Positions 52,936 through 64,000 of a stretch of DNA of 64,000 nucleotides are shown here, piece after piece; the first letter of the stretch is position 1; the number at the start of each line of letters is the position of its first letter. A program made the translations under genes and the position numbers. The stretch comes from Octopus sinensis (taxonomy: Eukaryota): assembly GCF_006345805.1 (NCBI RefSeq), contig NC_043001.1, positions 2,666,001 through 2,730,000 of the forward strand. The letters are read 5' to 3'. Below the pieces are notes generated by a model, which did not search any database, was not told where the DNA came from, and saw only the letters and a list, made by a program, of their open reading frames with translations.

Positions 52936-53613
52936 CATGCATACATATATACACTTGTGTGTTTGTGCGTATGAATGTCACAGCCTTCTATCATCCTCCC
53001 TTTACCAAGCCCTGGCTGACCTTGGCTTATCGCAAAACACACGTTTTTATATAATTTTTTGTATATATTATCTCTAAAAAAAAACATTTTTATTTTCTGC
53101 AATTTACCTCCATATTTTGATGAATATTTTTATGCCCCTTAATTGGCCAATATATGAGGATCCAAGCTAATAAAAAAGGGTTTTCCCATTGACTTTAAAG
53201 AAAAATAAAGCATATGTTGTATTATCCCAAAAAGTCTATGAAATTTGACCTGATAAGGAACTATAATTCTAAAAGAGAAATAATAAAAAGTAATATAAAT
53301 AAAAATATTTTAACCAAATCAATAAAATTGAGGAATCAAAAGAATATCAATGGTCGATATATATGTATTTCTTTACTGGAATAAAAAAAAAAAAATATTT
53401 GTTATTTTTTGTTATGCTCTAGTCCAGGAGATTTCTGAATGGATTCTAAGAAGGAAGCAACCATCCATGAAGTAAACGTCTTTAATTGATTCTTGCTTTG
53501 TAGATTTGCCAAGAGAAATCTCCGCAATTCGTTCACTGAACGCATATCACATTATTTAATTCTAAATCAGTCGACATAGAAATCTGTGGAAAACAAGCAA
53601 GGGAGAGAAAGAG

Positions 53614-53652
<39 letters not shown>

Positions 53653-54310
53653 AAGGGAGAAAAAGATGGAGAGAGAGTGAGAGAGAGAGGGGGATTTTGA
53701 GAGAAAATACAGGAAATAAACCAAAACATCTTTTTCTAGATTTTTGCTTTTGGAGATTTTTTTTCCCTGCAAATATCAGATTTAGGTTGGAAGTAGATGG
53801 AAAGAAAAAAATCTTAAAACTCCAAAGAAACGAAAATGAAAAATGGTAGGTGAAAGGAAAAATAAAAAAACAAGGAAAATTATAACAACGAGATTCTTTG
53901 GACTTAAAATGGTTCTAAGCATCTCATGTCTCATAGGAGATTCAGGAATCAGAAGAACTCTTTTTTTTTCCTTCTATTCTCCCAAAATATATAATAGAAA
54001 ATTAAATAACAGTCATTAGAATACATGCCATTTTAGAATTACAATAAGCTGAATGGTTAATAGGCAATGAAAGAAGGGAGGTGAGTGAGGGGGGAGGGTC
54101 AGTAAAAGACAACGAAAATTAAAAGTGAGTATTGTAGAAAATCATATTAGTAACTGATGCCATCTTCAGATCTACCAAACAACTTTCAGTTTCAAGCTTT
54201 TCTATCTTTCTTCTTTCTTCTTCTTTATTTCCTTCCTGGTTTTCCTTTCTTTTTCTCTTTTTTTTTTCTATTTATCTCTCTGAGGCAATACGAGTGTATT
54301 TATGAGTGAA

Positions 54311-54346
<36 letters not shown>

Positions 54347-55599
54347 TGCATGTGTGTGTGTATGCATGTGTGTGTGTATGCATGTGTATGAGTGGACATG
54401 CACATGCGTGATGTAGAAATTTTGTTTTGGATCAAATATGAAAGTGTATATATATATATATATATATAAGTGTCCCCTCTACTACATACAATCTCCACCA
54501 CTGTTCCCTGTAGGTAGGCCTCAATACATCTCCAACACCATCTATTTCTCTCTATATATATTTATCTATCTGTCTTTCTCTCTGACACTCTCCCACCTTC
54601 CTCTCCTTCTTTGCTCTGCTGGGAGAGCCAAGTGCCTCTTCTATAGTAAGACATCTGTTACAGTCCCTTTGTTACACTCTGACCCCTCTGCTGGTACACA
54701 GCCACTTCCCTCAGCTCTGCTCCCTTTCTCAGCTAAGTGGTCTTTGTTTTACAAGCCACTTGGGACCCTACAGGTGACAGTGCCACGTAAGGATCCCCTA
54801 TGCTAGTTCCAAGTAAAAAGCACTGGTGCTGCTGCTACATAAAGGGCACCCAGCATGCTCTGTAAAGTGGTTGGCATTAGGAAAGGCATCCGGCCATAGA
54901 AATCATACCAAAACAGACAAAAGGAGCCAGGCTAGGGTCCCTGGCTTCTTAATTCCTGTCAAACTAGCAAACCCATGCCAACATGGAAAATGCACATTAA
55001 ACAATGATGATGATGATAATGATATATATATTTCCACCACTAAATATTAGTGCCTTGTGGTACCACTACTATATATATATATATTACTAGTAAAGTATGA
55101 CAACAAAAGAATGAATGAGACCTCAATATTATGTAAATAGAGGAATTTATCTTTAATATAATATGTGACAATTATTCATGGGTGTGCATGCATGTGTATG
55201 TATCTTCATGCGTGTATACACAAATACTATGAATGTTTTTACTTTCTCCCCTTTTGGGTTTTTCCCTTTATTTAACGGACATTCAAATATTTCTTTTGTT
55301 TGTCTTAAAACGGTCATCTTCATAGTAAGTTCTCTTTGTTTAATGGTTATTTTCATAGCATTTTCGTTTGTCTTAATAATTGACAAGATGCCTGAGCAGA
55401 TTTCCGCCCCGACATCCGAAACTCGGAGTTTTATTATGGCAACTGAATAATTGTCAAATATTATATTACAGATATAGATAAATATATATATATATAATAT
55501 ATATATATATATCAATCCATTTTCCAAGATGAGTGCATGTGTTTATTTTGCAAAAAAAAAAAAAAATCATCTCTAAATACAACAATATATATATTCTTT

Positions 55600-55912
55600 T
55601 ACTTGTTTCAGTCATTTGACTTGGGCCATGCTGCAGCTCCACTGGACTTATCTTGTAAGCCTGGTACTTATTCTATCAGTCTTTTCTGTCAAACTGCTAA
55701 GTTGCAGGGATGTAAACACATCAACATCAGTTGTCAAGCAACGGTGGTGTGGGGGACACAAATACAGACATGAAGACATGCACATACATATATACATATA
55801 CACAACAGGCTTCTTTCAGTTTCTCTCTACCAAATTCACTCACAGTGCTTTGGTTGGCCCAAGGCTATAGTAGACAACACTTGCCCAAGGTGCCACACAG
55901 CCACTCCTGCAC
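55600..55912 (-). mobile_element. SINE family A with internal deletion
   Basis: Reverse match to 36988-37375. Confidence 0.75.
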
Positions 55913-56198
55913 CTATATATATATATATATATATATAGTTATCACCAAGGTAGCATGACAGTCCAGAAAAATGGGACGAATCCTATGGTTGATTAGCTCC
56001 AAGAGGCCATCGCATCTAGCTAGCTATGTGACACATGAACCTGTGTCCATTATAACCTTCGAACAGGGGAGGTCTGCTGCTTCCACTTGCTGGTCTGGCA
56101 TCTACAGACTAGCTTCAGGGTATTTGCCTCTTATCAATGTAAAGCAGCCAAACCAGGCAGGTGTCGCTATTGACCATCTGTTCAAAGAATTAGGCTCC

Positions 56199-56251
<53 letters not shown>

Positions 56252-57534
56252 GTACATATATGCATATATACATATGGGTATGCATGGTCCTTGGATATCT
56301 TTAGCAAAGTTCACTGTGCCACAATCATTTGAACCCGAATCCAGTTCCTGCCTATCCAGCCATGACACTCTTGCATACATTATTTACAGAAACTCATACA
56401 TCCCCTCCTGGGTCCCCAGCACCAATCTTGCCAAACTGAGAATTGCTAAAAGTATGTATCATTGATATGTCTCTCCTATTCTGATTGACATAACACACTT
56501 CACATCACCCCATAAGAAGCCATCTTCTGCTTATAAGATACAAGAGCCTTAATTTTCTAAAATATTTCTATTGAAATTAAAAACCTTTTAAAATACTTTT
56601 CTACCAAATGATGATGACAAAATATCTGTTATTCCACCCCAATGGAACAGTCTGTTTCCACAGTCTGAACATTAGCAAAATTTTCCTTCATTTAACCATG
56701 GATTATCTTCCTTGCCATTTAAGCTGCTGATAATAGCAGCCAAATTTTGCTAAATTCCCAGCTTACAGTTAAAAACGAATAACAAGCAAGTACAAATTGG
56801 CTGAGGTAGTCTGGGAAATGCAAAACAAAGGATAGTCACAGCTGGAAAGCTTTTGATCAGAGGTCTGTTTGGTCAAGGTTGACCTGGTGGCTTGACAACA
56901 ACAGCTCCAGCAGAATTATTTGTTTTCTTTATAAGAACTACCTTTCTCCATTTCTCTCTTGCTTCCCACATTATGTATTTTTCTGAGCAATTACATGCTT
57001 AAAGTACATCCATTGCAGTTTCTCACAAACCAATGGATTGCAAATGCAGAAATCAACAATTCTTCATTTCCTTTGGAAATAGTGCCGTCATCCAGGAAAT
57101 AACAGCTTCAAGAATCCTCATAGATGTATAATTCCCAATATTCTAATTCTGATTCGGATTCTTTAATGTCAACATCCGTATTGGAAGCAATGTTCCATCT
57201 GTTTGGGATTTATTCTTGCATTGCTTTGTATTCAACCATTTTTCTTACATGGATGGAATGATCACAAGAATTTTCATTTGATTCTCTTTACACGAAATAA
57301 AACCTGCTTATTTTGTTTACAAGATATTCTTCACTACAGGGTCCTTTAAATATAAATGTATTCCCTTTCCTTCACTGGTTTTGTTCCTTGCACTCTCACA
57401 ATCCGGGGGCACTGCCTTCAAAGTTTCGGGCTGCTATATTAGGGCCTCTACTTCGATAGGTATCTATCATGTCAACCTATTCATATTGGGGAAATAAACA
57501 TTGGAGGTATTTTACCTCTTGTGGCAAGCTGGTT

Positions 57535-57815
57535 GAAGGCAGCGAGCTGGCAGAAAAAGCAGTGAGCTGGCAGAAAAAGCAGTGAGCTGGCAGAAACATT
57601 AGCATGCCGGGCAAAATGCGTAGCCGTATTTCGTCTGCTGTTACGCTCTGAGTTCAAATTCCTCCAAGGTTGACTTTGCCTTTCATCCTTTCGGGGTCAA
57701 TAAATTAAGTACCAGTTACACACTGGGGTCGATATAATCGACTTAATCCATTTGTCTGTCCTTGTTTCTCCTCTCTGTGTTTAGCCCCTTGTGGGTAGTA
57801 AAGAAATAGGTATTT
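57535..57815 (+). mobile_element. tRNA-derived SINE family B, full length, with triplicated 5' end
   Basis: GAGCTGGCAGAAA x3; B-box CTGAGTTCAAATTCC; further degenerate copies at 19580, 58545, 59120 and 59345. Confidence 0.8.
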
Positions 57816-58099
57816 TACCTCTTGCAAAAAGAGCAAGCGCCACAGAGAGCTATTGCAAACTCTTCTAAATTCCCCACAATGATGGAAACTATTCCATGTC
57901 ATAAGCAGGGATTTCAGGGTCACAAGCCTTTTGCCCCTTCATCAATATGATTTCCCCATGAAGAGCTGATGGGAGTGAATTAATCTTTACCTTTTGAAGA
58001 GTTCTACCTGAGACCTTTTCAACCACAGCCACTCTGAGTGAGCATCACCTGCACATTTTATCACTTTGGTGGCTTTCTTTAGTTGTTTGTAGGAAATGG

Positions 58100-58340
58100 T
58101 GTGCTTATGAAGCTCAAAAGTCACAGCAGTTTAATTGATTGGAGAATGGAGTCTTGTGACATTCTTTGATGACTTTTTTGTTAATCAGGTCCTGATATTT
58201 GGTTTCCTTTAGGTCTGGAGAAATGTTGAACCTAGACTCCCAGGTCACTGTAAGTTCAACCACGACAATTGTTTTTGCATTCTTGGAGAGCAGAAACTGA
58301 TCTGCGTTGGAGTGATCTTACCACTTCCTCCTCTGGGAAG
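58100..58340 (-). mobile_element. RLE-type non-LTR retrotransposon fragment of a different lineage (HERO/NeSL/R2-like)
   Basis: DQFLLSKNAKTIVVVELTVTWESRFNISPDLKETKYQDLI resembles PD.V.....ELTVPWE....K..KY. Confidence 0.6.
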
Positions 58341-59711
58341 AAAAGTCTGCCTTCAGTTCCATTTGTATCTGACACTAGATGCAAAATAGCAGATGGATTC
58401 CAAGGCTGCTGCTTTCATCTTAGGAGCCTTGTTACCTTCTCTTAGGAATCTGATACCCATGGGGGTGGATGGGCGATGGCTGATGCTTGTTGGTCTTGTG
58501 ACATTTGATTCAGCTTTTTATGTGCTGAAAGCTTGTTACTTTATTTATCGACCCTGAAGAACAAAAAGTAAAGTTGACCTTGATGTGATTTGAACTCAGA
58601 GCACATAGCATTGGAACAAACAAACTAAGGTGTTTTAACAAATAATCTAACAGCTCTGTTGATTCCATGTCTTTAAAAGAAACGACTAATTTTATGTTTA
58701 GTTCTGATTTATTTCATTAGTTACACAATATTGTGGTCATGCCTGCCCTCATTGCAGCAGGGGTTCATAATTGGGGCTTTAGTGTCCCCTTGGGTGAGTC
58801 AGGAGCTCATAAGACTGACAAATATCAAGGATGGGCAATAAAGGTATTTAGAAACGTCCACGAGTTTTGCCAGAAATAAAACATTAACATCAGGAACAAT
58901 ATTTACCCATCTCTACAAAGAAACCAAAAAAAAAAAAACCCTATAAATTCGGATTGAAATATGAATAGGACATTGTGTTATCAATGAGCAGAATAATAGG
59001 ACAGATCGTGTCTCAACATCTAATAAAATTTCAATGCAAAAGTTGTTGATGCGGTGAAATGGTAAAATCACAAGATTGCCAAACATATTTCTTACAATAT
59101 TTGTTCTGGCCAAAACAGTGACCTGATGGAATTATTAGCATGCTGGTCAAAATTCTTAGTGGTATGTCATCTGTCTTTTCATGCTGAGTTCAATTTCCAC
59201 TGTGGCAAACTTTGCCTTTATCCCTTTCGGAGTCAATAAAATAAGTACCAGTTAAACACTGGGGTCAGTATATTTGTCTTATTCTTTCTGCCCCAAGTTG
59301 CTGGCCTTGTGTCAAAATTTGAAACCATTATTTGTCCTGGCTATTGTCTTGGTTCTTTACATTCTGAGTTTAAATTACATTGATGTCAACTTTGCTTTTC
59401 ATTCCTTCTGGGGGTCAATAAAATAAAGTAACAGTGATGTACTGAGGATGGTCCTTGAATGGATCCTGCTACTAATATCAACTAAGTCCCTTTCCTTAAT
59501 TCTAATGCCAAAACCCGCCTAGGAAATTTAGTTATTTCCATAAGAATTTAACAGAGGGAGCACTAGCCAATGCAAATATCTAAAAGAACCACATACTGGG
59601 GATGGGGGGGGGTAAAGAAAATATGGCTAATAAGCCACTGCACAAAATTTGTGTTTGATTAATATAATCTAATGTTGTTTTGTTGGTTTATTCTGTAATC
59701 ATTGAAAGGGG

Positions 59712-59760
59712 ATGTTTGGTAAATGGCGTATGATGAAAGGCGGCATTGCACAACAAAAGG
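59712..59760 (+). CDS. Candidate short first coding exon (MFGKWRMMKGGIATTK + phase-1 donor)
   Basis: In-frame stop upstream, ATG, 16 codons, AAG|GTAACA donor, in unique CpG-containing sequence; no homology recognised. Confidence 0.2.
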
Positions 59761-60513
59761 GTAACATCCACAGCGTTACGGCATCAAAGTCAGGATACAA
59801 ATAGTTTAGCACTTCCAGGTAGTTCTTGCTCTGTATTTGTTTTTCTTATATTTTCGTATTTTTTTTTTTTTGCAACATGAAAAGCCGTAATAAAGACCGA
59901 CTGACTAACAGCCATTGTCGTCATCTAATCAGGATTACTAATATCACTCTGCAAGATCAATGACTTCCATTTTTGCTGATTCGACAATTGCTGCTGAAAA
60001 ACTATAAATACACACACACACACACATTTATTTACAAACACATACATACACATTCATAAACATAGATATGCATGTGTGTTTGTCTGTGTGTGTGCATGTG
60101 TGTATGTGTGTGTGTGAGTGTGCAAGTGCATATGTTTGCGTGTGTATTGCTAAATCTATAATCTTCCATGTCATTCAAAAAGCTGTAGAAAGTACGACAT
60201 GAAAATCAATTGTTTCTCTCTTTTCTGATTCTCTGCAGACTATTTACCAATTCTGGTAAAACTCAGATATCTTTAACACATTTTTCTCAAGCAATTTCTT
60301 TCAACATTATTTTGTCACCGCTGATAAAGTACAAGCATGCACCTCTCTCTTCCTCTCCCTCACCCTCTCCCCTCGCTCTATATATGTGTATATATATATA
60401 TGTGTGTGTGTGTGTATATACATATATGCTATTGGATTATAACATGTACAACCAGATAGAATGGGACATCACATCATAACCAGAAAGAAAATGTCTGACA
60501 AATAATAATAATG

Positions 60514-60558
<45 letters not shown>

Positions 60559-60593
60559 TAATAATAATAATGATAATAATGATAAATAATAAT

Positions 60594-61184
60594 AGCAAAC
60601 ACGTCAAGGTAGTGCAGAACCTTCTCTGGCTACTTTGCTGGATGTGTGGATGTGAAGTAACAGATACCTGGTACCAACATATACCAGAAAAGGTAATGGG
60701 TGAAACAGGGAAGGCAAAAATCCTCTGGGACTTTGACTTCCAGACAGACAAGGTATTAGAGCACCAAAAGTCAGACATGATAACCTTTAGGGGGGACAAG
60801 AGCGCTTAATAATCGATGTAGTAGTGCCAGGAGCTTGACATATCGTCATGAAAGAAAGAAAAAAGGTTGATAAATATGGAGACCTGAGAATTGAGATCGC
60901 CAAAACCTGGCAGCTACGAGAGTCAAACATAAAGGTTGTCCCTATTGTCATCGGAGAATTGGGTTCAATACCACCCAACCTGAAAAAACATCTGGAAATG
61001 TTAGAAATACCTTACAATCTAGATGTACTGCAAAAGTCAGTATTACTTGGAACTGTGCATATATTGTGTAAAGTACTGTCTGTCTGTGGTCCTTGTTGTG
61101 ACTTGACAAACAGTACAAACCCCCAGTAGACACAATATCTTCAATCAACAACCTCATGATATTGTATACTGTGTTGTTGCTTAA
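60594..61184 (+). mobile_element. R4/Dong-like 3' fragment flanked by (AAT)n
   Basis: WYQHIPEKV..KILWDFDFQTDK..KYGDLRIEIAKTW..VVPIVIGELG..LQKSVLLGT; preceded by a long (AAT)n, followed by AATAATATTAATAAC. Confidence 0.88.
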
Positions 61185-61200
61185 ATAATATTAATAACAA

Positions 61201-61522
61201 ATTGTAAAGAAAGGATATGCAAAATTTAAAAAATTCAATTCCTTAGAATTCGAAATTGCAAGAATTTGGAATGTGAAAGATGTAAAGGCTGTGTCTGTAA
61301 TAATTGCTGCATTGGGAATCGTGAGAAAAGATATAGAGAAATGGTTGAAGGGGATTGTAGAACTTCTGCAGAAAATTTGCTTCTTATGGGCAGGAAAGAT
61401 TATCAGAAGGGGTTTGAGCACTTGAAAGATTATTGAAAGTTTTCAGGTATCTAAAATAACAGTTATTAACCCACTACTCACATAAATTCTTCCAGGAGTA
61501 AAACCAAACCTGAGTCAAGTCC
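61201..61522 (+). mobile_element. Second, shorter R4/Dong-like 3' fragment in tandem
   Basis: KFNSLEFEIARIWNVKDVKAVSVIIAALG..LQKICFLWAGKIIRR; ends at AATAATAATAAC. Confidence 0.75.
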
Positions 61523-61531
61523 AATAATAAT

Positions 61532-61907
61532 AACAAGAGCACTCAGAGAGTGCAAACCTCCACCTAGGCAGCACCAACGTCTTCTCAACGATTAGCAGCA
61601 GATGAATTTTAAAATGAGAATATCTGAAATAAACTCGACTGCTCTCACAAATGAGAATACTAAAAATGAACATGATCACTCACAAAAGTTAAGTATAAAA
61701 AAAAAAAACAAAAACGGAAAAATAATCCAGAATCCTTGTCATATATCAGATTGATCCCAAAATCTAATCAGTTTATTCCAGTTATGAAGCTAAACACCCC
61801 TGAAATTTCATCTGAATCCATCCAGCAGTTCTTGAGATATCTTGTCCACAGGCAAACAAACAAACACAACTGAAAACAATACCTCCGCCTTAGTTAAACT
61901 GAGGTAA
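61532..61907 (+). mobile_element. Possible non-autonomous Helentron-type (HINE-like) element
   Basis: 5' AACAAGAGCACTCAGAGAG..ACCTCCACC and 3' ACCTCCGCC..GAGGT hairpin with internal (CAAA)n; family assignment from memory. Confidence 0.4.
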
Positions 61908-62604
61908 GAATAATAAAAGATTTCTTTATTAACCACCAAGGGATTGTGAAAGGAACGAGAACGGTGCAAGATAATACAGTACGATACATTGTGGGGGTAC
62001 ATGAAAGTGTGTAGACTTTAAACTATCAAATAAAACAACAAAAAAAAGATTCAAACAAGGAATGATTCTCCAAAGGGCTGAGGAATATTTCTGTTGGCTC
62101 CTCATAGAACCTTCACAAAACCTTAGTCACCCATAGAGCAAGTGCTCTCCCCCATCCTCCTCTCTCACTTTAAAGGCTCAGCTCACTTAGATCCTTCTTA
62201 CCACTGCCATCCCCTTTCAACATGTTTCTGGAAGGTAGAACTTCCCTCTCCACCCTCACCTTTCCTTTCAAGTAAAACTCGAAAATTTGGTAAGAGGAAG
62301 ATGTCTGTTTATAGCCCTTTCAATCTAGTCCACTATCCAACCTCCCTTTTGCAGAGGCCACCAGATTGCCTGTTCTTCATGGCAGTAGGACAATCTTTCC
62401 AACAAGTGGACTCAGCCAACAGGTGGACCCTTCCAACATTTGGCAACAGGTGTCCAATATACTTTCAAAAGTCACCAATGCTCCAGCATTGCATTTCTAT
62501 GTGCAGCACACTTTTGTTTCTCTGTGAAAATCTCAAGCAGATTTCGCAGACAGCACTACCATTTCTGTAGAGCTTATCTCGTATTGACAACGGCCACAGT
62601 AGTG

Positions 62605-62767
62605 GTACCAAGCCAGAGATTACCCTTTGAACCAAATAGTACCAGGTTCAGTCCCACTGTGTAGCACTGTGGGCAAGTGTCTTCTTTAGCCTCAGGTCTA
62701 CTTTAGCTTCAGGCCGACCAAAACCTTGTAAGTGGATCTGGCAGATAGAAACTGAAACAAGCCCATC

Positions 62768-62810
<43 letters not shown>

Positions 62811-62985
62811 CAGTCACTACTTGACAACCTGTGTTGAAATGTTTACGTCCCTGTGACTTAGCAGTTTGGCAAAAGACACTGACAGAATAAGTACCGAGCT
62901 TTAAAAAATTAAGTACTGCAGTTGAGTCATTCTCTTAAAAATTCTTCAAGGTGATGCCCCAGCATGGCCGCAGTCTTGAAACAAG
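62605..62985 (+). mobile_element. SINE family A, full length
   Basis: Head, (GT)n and tail match 36988-37375. Confidence 0.75.
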
Positions 62986-64000
62986 AAAAAGAAAGAAAGA
63001 AGTAGAAGAAAAGGATCCTAGCACAAAGTCCTTAGGAACAAATCAGCCAATTGATTTTCATTGATGCCCAGATTCTCCCCAAGAACCTGGACACATTTTC
63101 CTGCCAAAGTGGAATTTCTATGAATGACAATGATTGATTGGCAGAGGGCTGTGAGTGCCTGCTGACCCTCCAGGGGCCAAGTGTCTTGCCCTGGTCTACA
63201 CTTCAGCCAGGAGTGCAGAATAAGTCAAAGGGACAAAGGGACAAAGAAAGGCAAGTCTGACAAACGATGACCACAACTGCTCATTATCAAAGAAACACTG
63301 AAGATGTCTCGTAGTCTCAGCAAATATCCAATGTTTTCTCAGCCATGGCATAGCAGCCTGCCCTCTGTCCACTCTGTCCACTCTGTCCACTATTATCTTC
63401 CTCGTTGTCATTGGTGCCATCATCAATATTGCTTGTTGTTCTTTGTCTTCAGTGTTGTCAATCAACATTGTCAGCAATAGCAGCAGCTGCATTCTTGCCA
63501 TCGTTTTACCTGTTTTTTCTATAACATGGGTTGTGCAGTTCTTACACCTTCACTCTCAGCGACAATCTTTCATCATCTTTTGTCCATACAGCAACAAAGA
63601 AAGTACCCCCCGCGCACACACCCACACATATACACACTTTGTTGTGTAAGTAATTATTTTGGCATAGTTTCCATGACTACATAGCTTTCTCATTTATGAT
63701 TATGACGATGACGACGACGACGACGACGATGATGATGATGATGAGGGTGATGATGATGATGATAAGTTTATCTTGGATATTATTCAGGAACAACTTTTAC
63801 TTCTTTGCACCTGATCAGGTTCTGATTTGAAGAAGATTTGGTTGATATTTCTAGCAGACTACACAACCACTAAAAAAAGTCCCTTGAATAGGTCAATTAG
63901 TGCATCTGTTTCTTTTTTTTTCTTTCTGTTCATTTCAAAACTACACAGCTTTCGGTTCTGTCAGCAGAAGTACAAGGTCCAAAACCTTGTACTTCAGCCT

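Noticed and set aside
57000-57420. Possible hAT/TTF zinc-finger transposase remnant on minus
   Set aside because: Only vague motif similarity across several frames; not supportable by eye.
62120-63500. ORFs 62142-62570 and 63196-63501 as genes
   Set aside because: No splice signals or recognisable domains; probably decayed TE interiors, family unassigned.

Overview
AT-rich eukaryotic (animal) genomic DNA dominated by microsatellites and transposable elements. The repeat complement (tRNA-derived SINEs with internal microsatellites, RTE-type 3' tails, many R4/Dong-like LINE fragments, Penelope-like pieces, mariners) resembles octopus/cephalopod DNA; this is my inference and is unverified. No intact protein-coding gene can be supported, and most ORF-track entries are translated microsatellites or SINE/LINE debris. 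Supported content: about 9 fragments of restriction-like-endonuclease (RLE) non-LTR retrotransposons (four end in (AAT)n), two internally deleted mariners, a Penelope-type GIY-YIG remnant, a degraded L1/Tx1-like RT, two TTAA-flanked piggyBac-type MITEs, other MITEs, and five SINE-like families. The most unusual structure is a 517-bp palindrome at 30022-30538. Each arm is a tRNA-like head, an (AAT)n tract and a tail carrying a minimal hammerhead-ribozyme motif, which suggests a SINE-like element with a Penelope/retrozyme-type tail. Related hammerhead-like motifs and head-to-head palindromes recur across the window. A few short candidate first coding exons on + are noted at low confidence. Repeat boundaries were read by eye and are approximate unless TSDs/TIRs are quoted.
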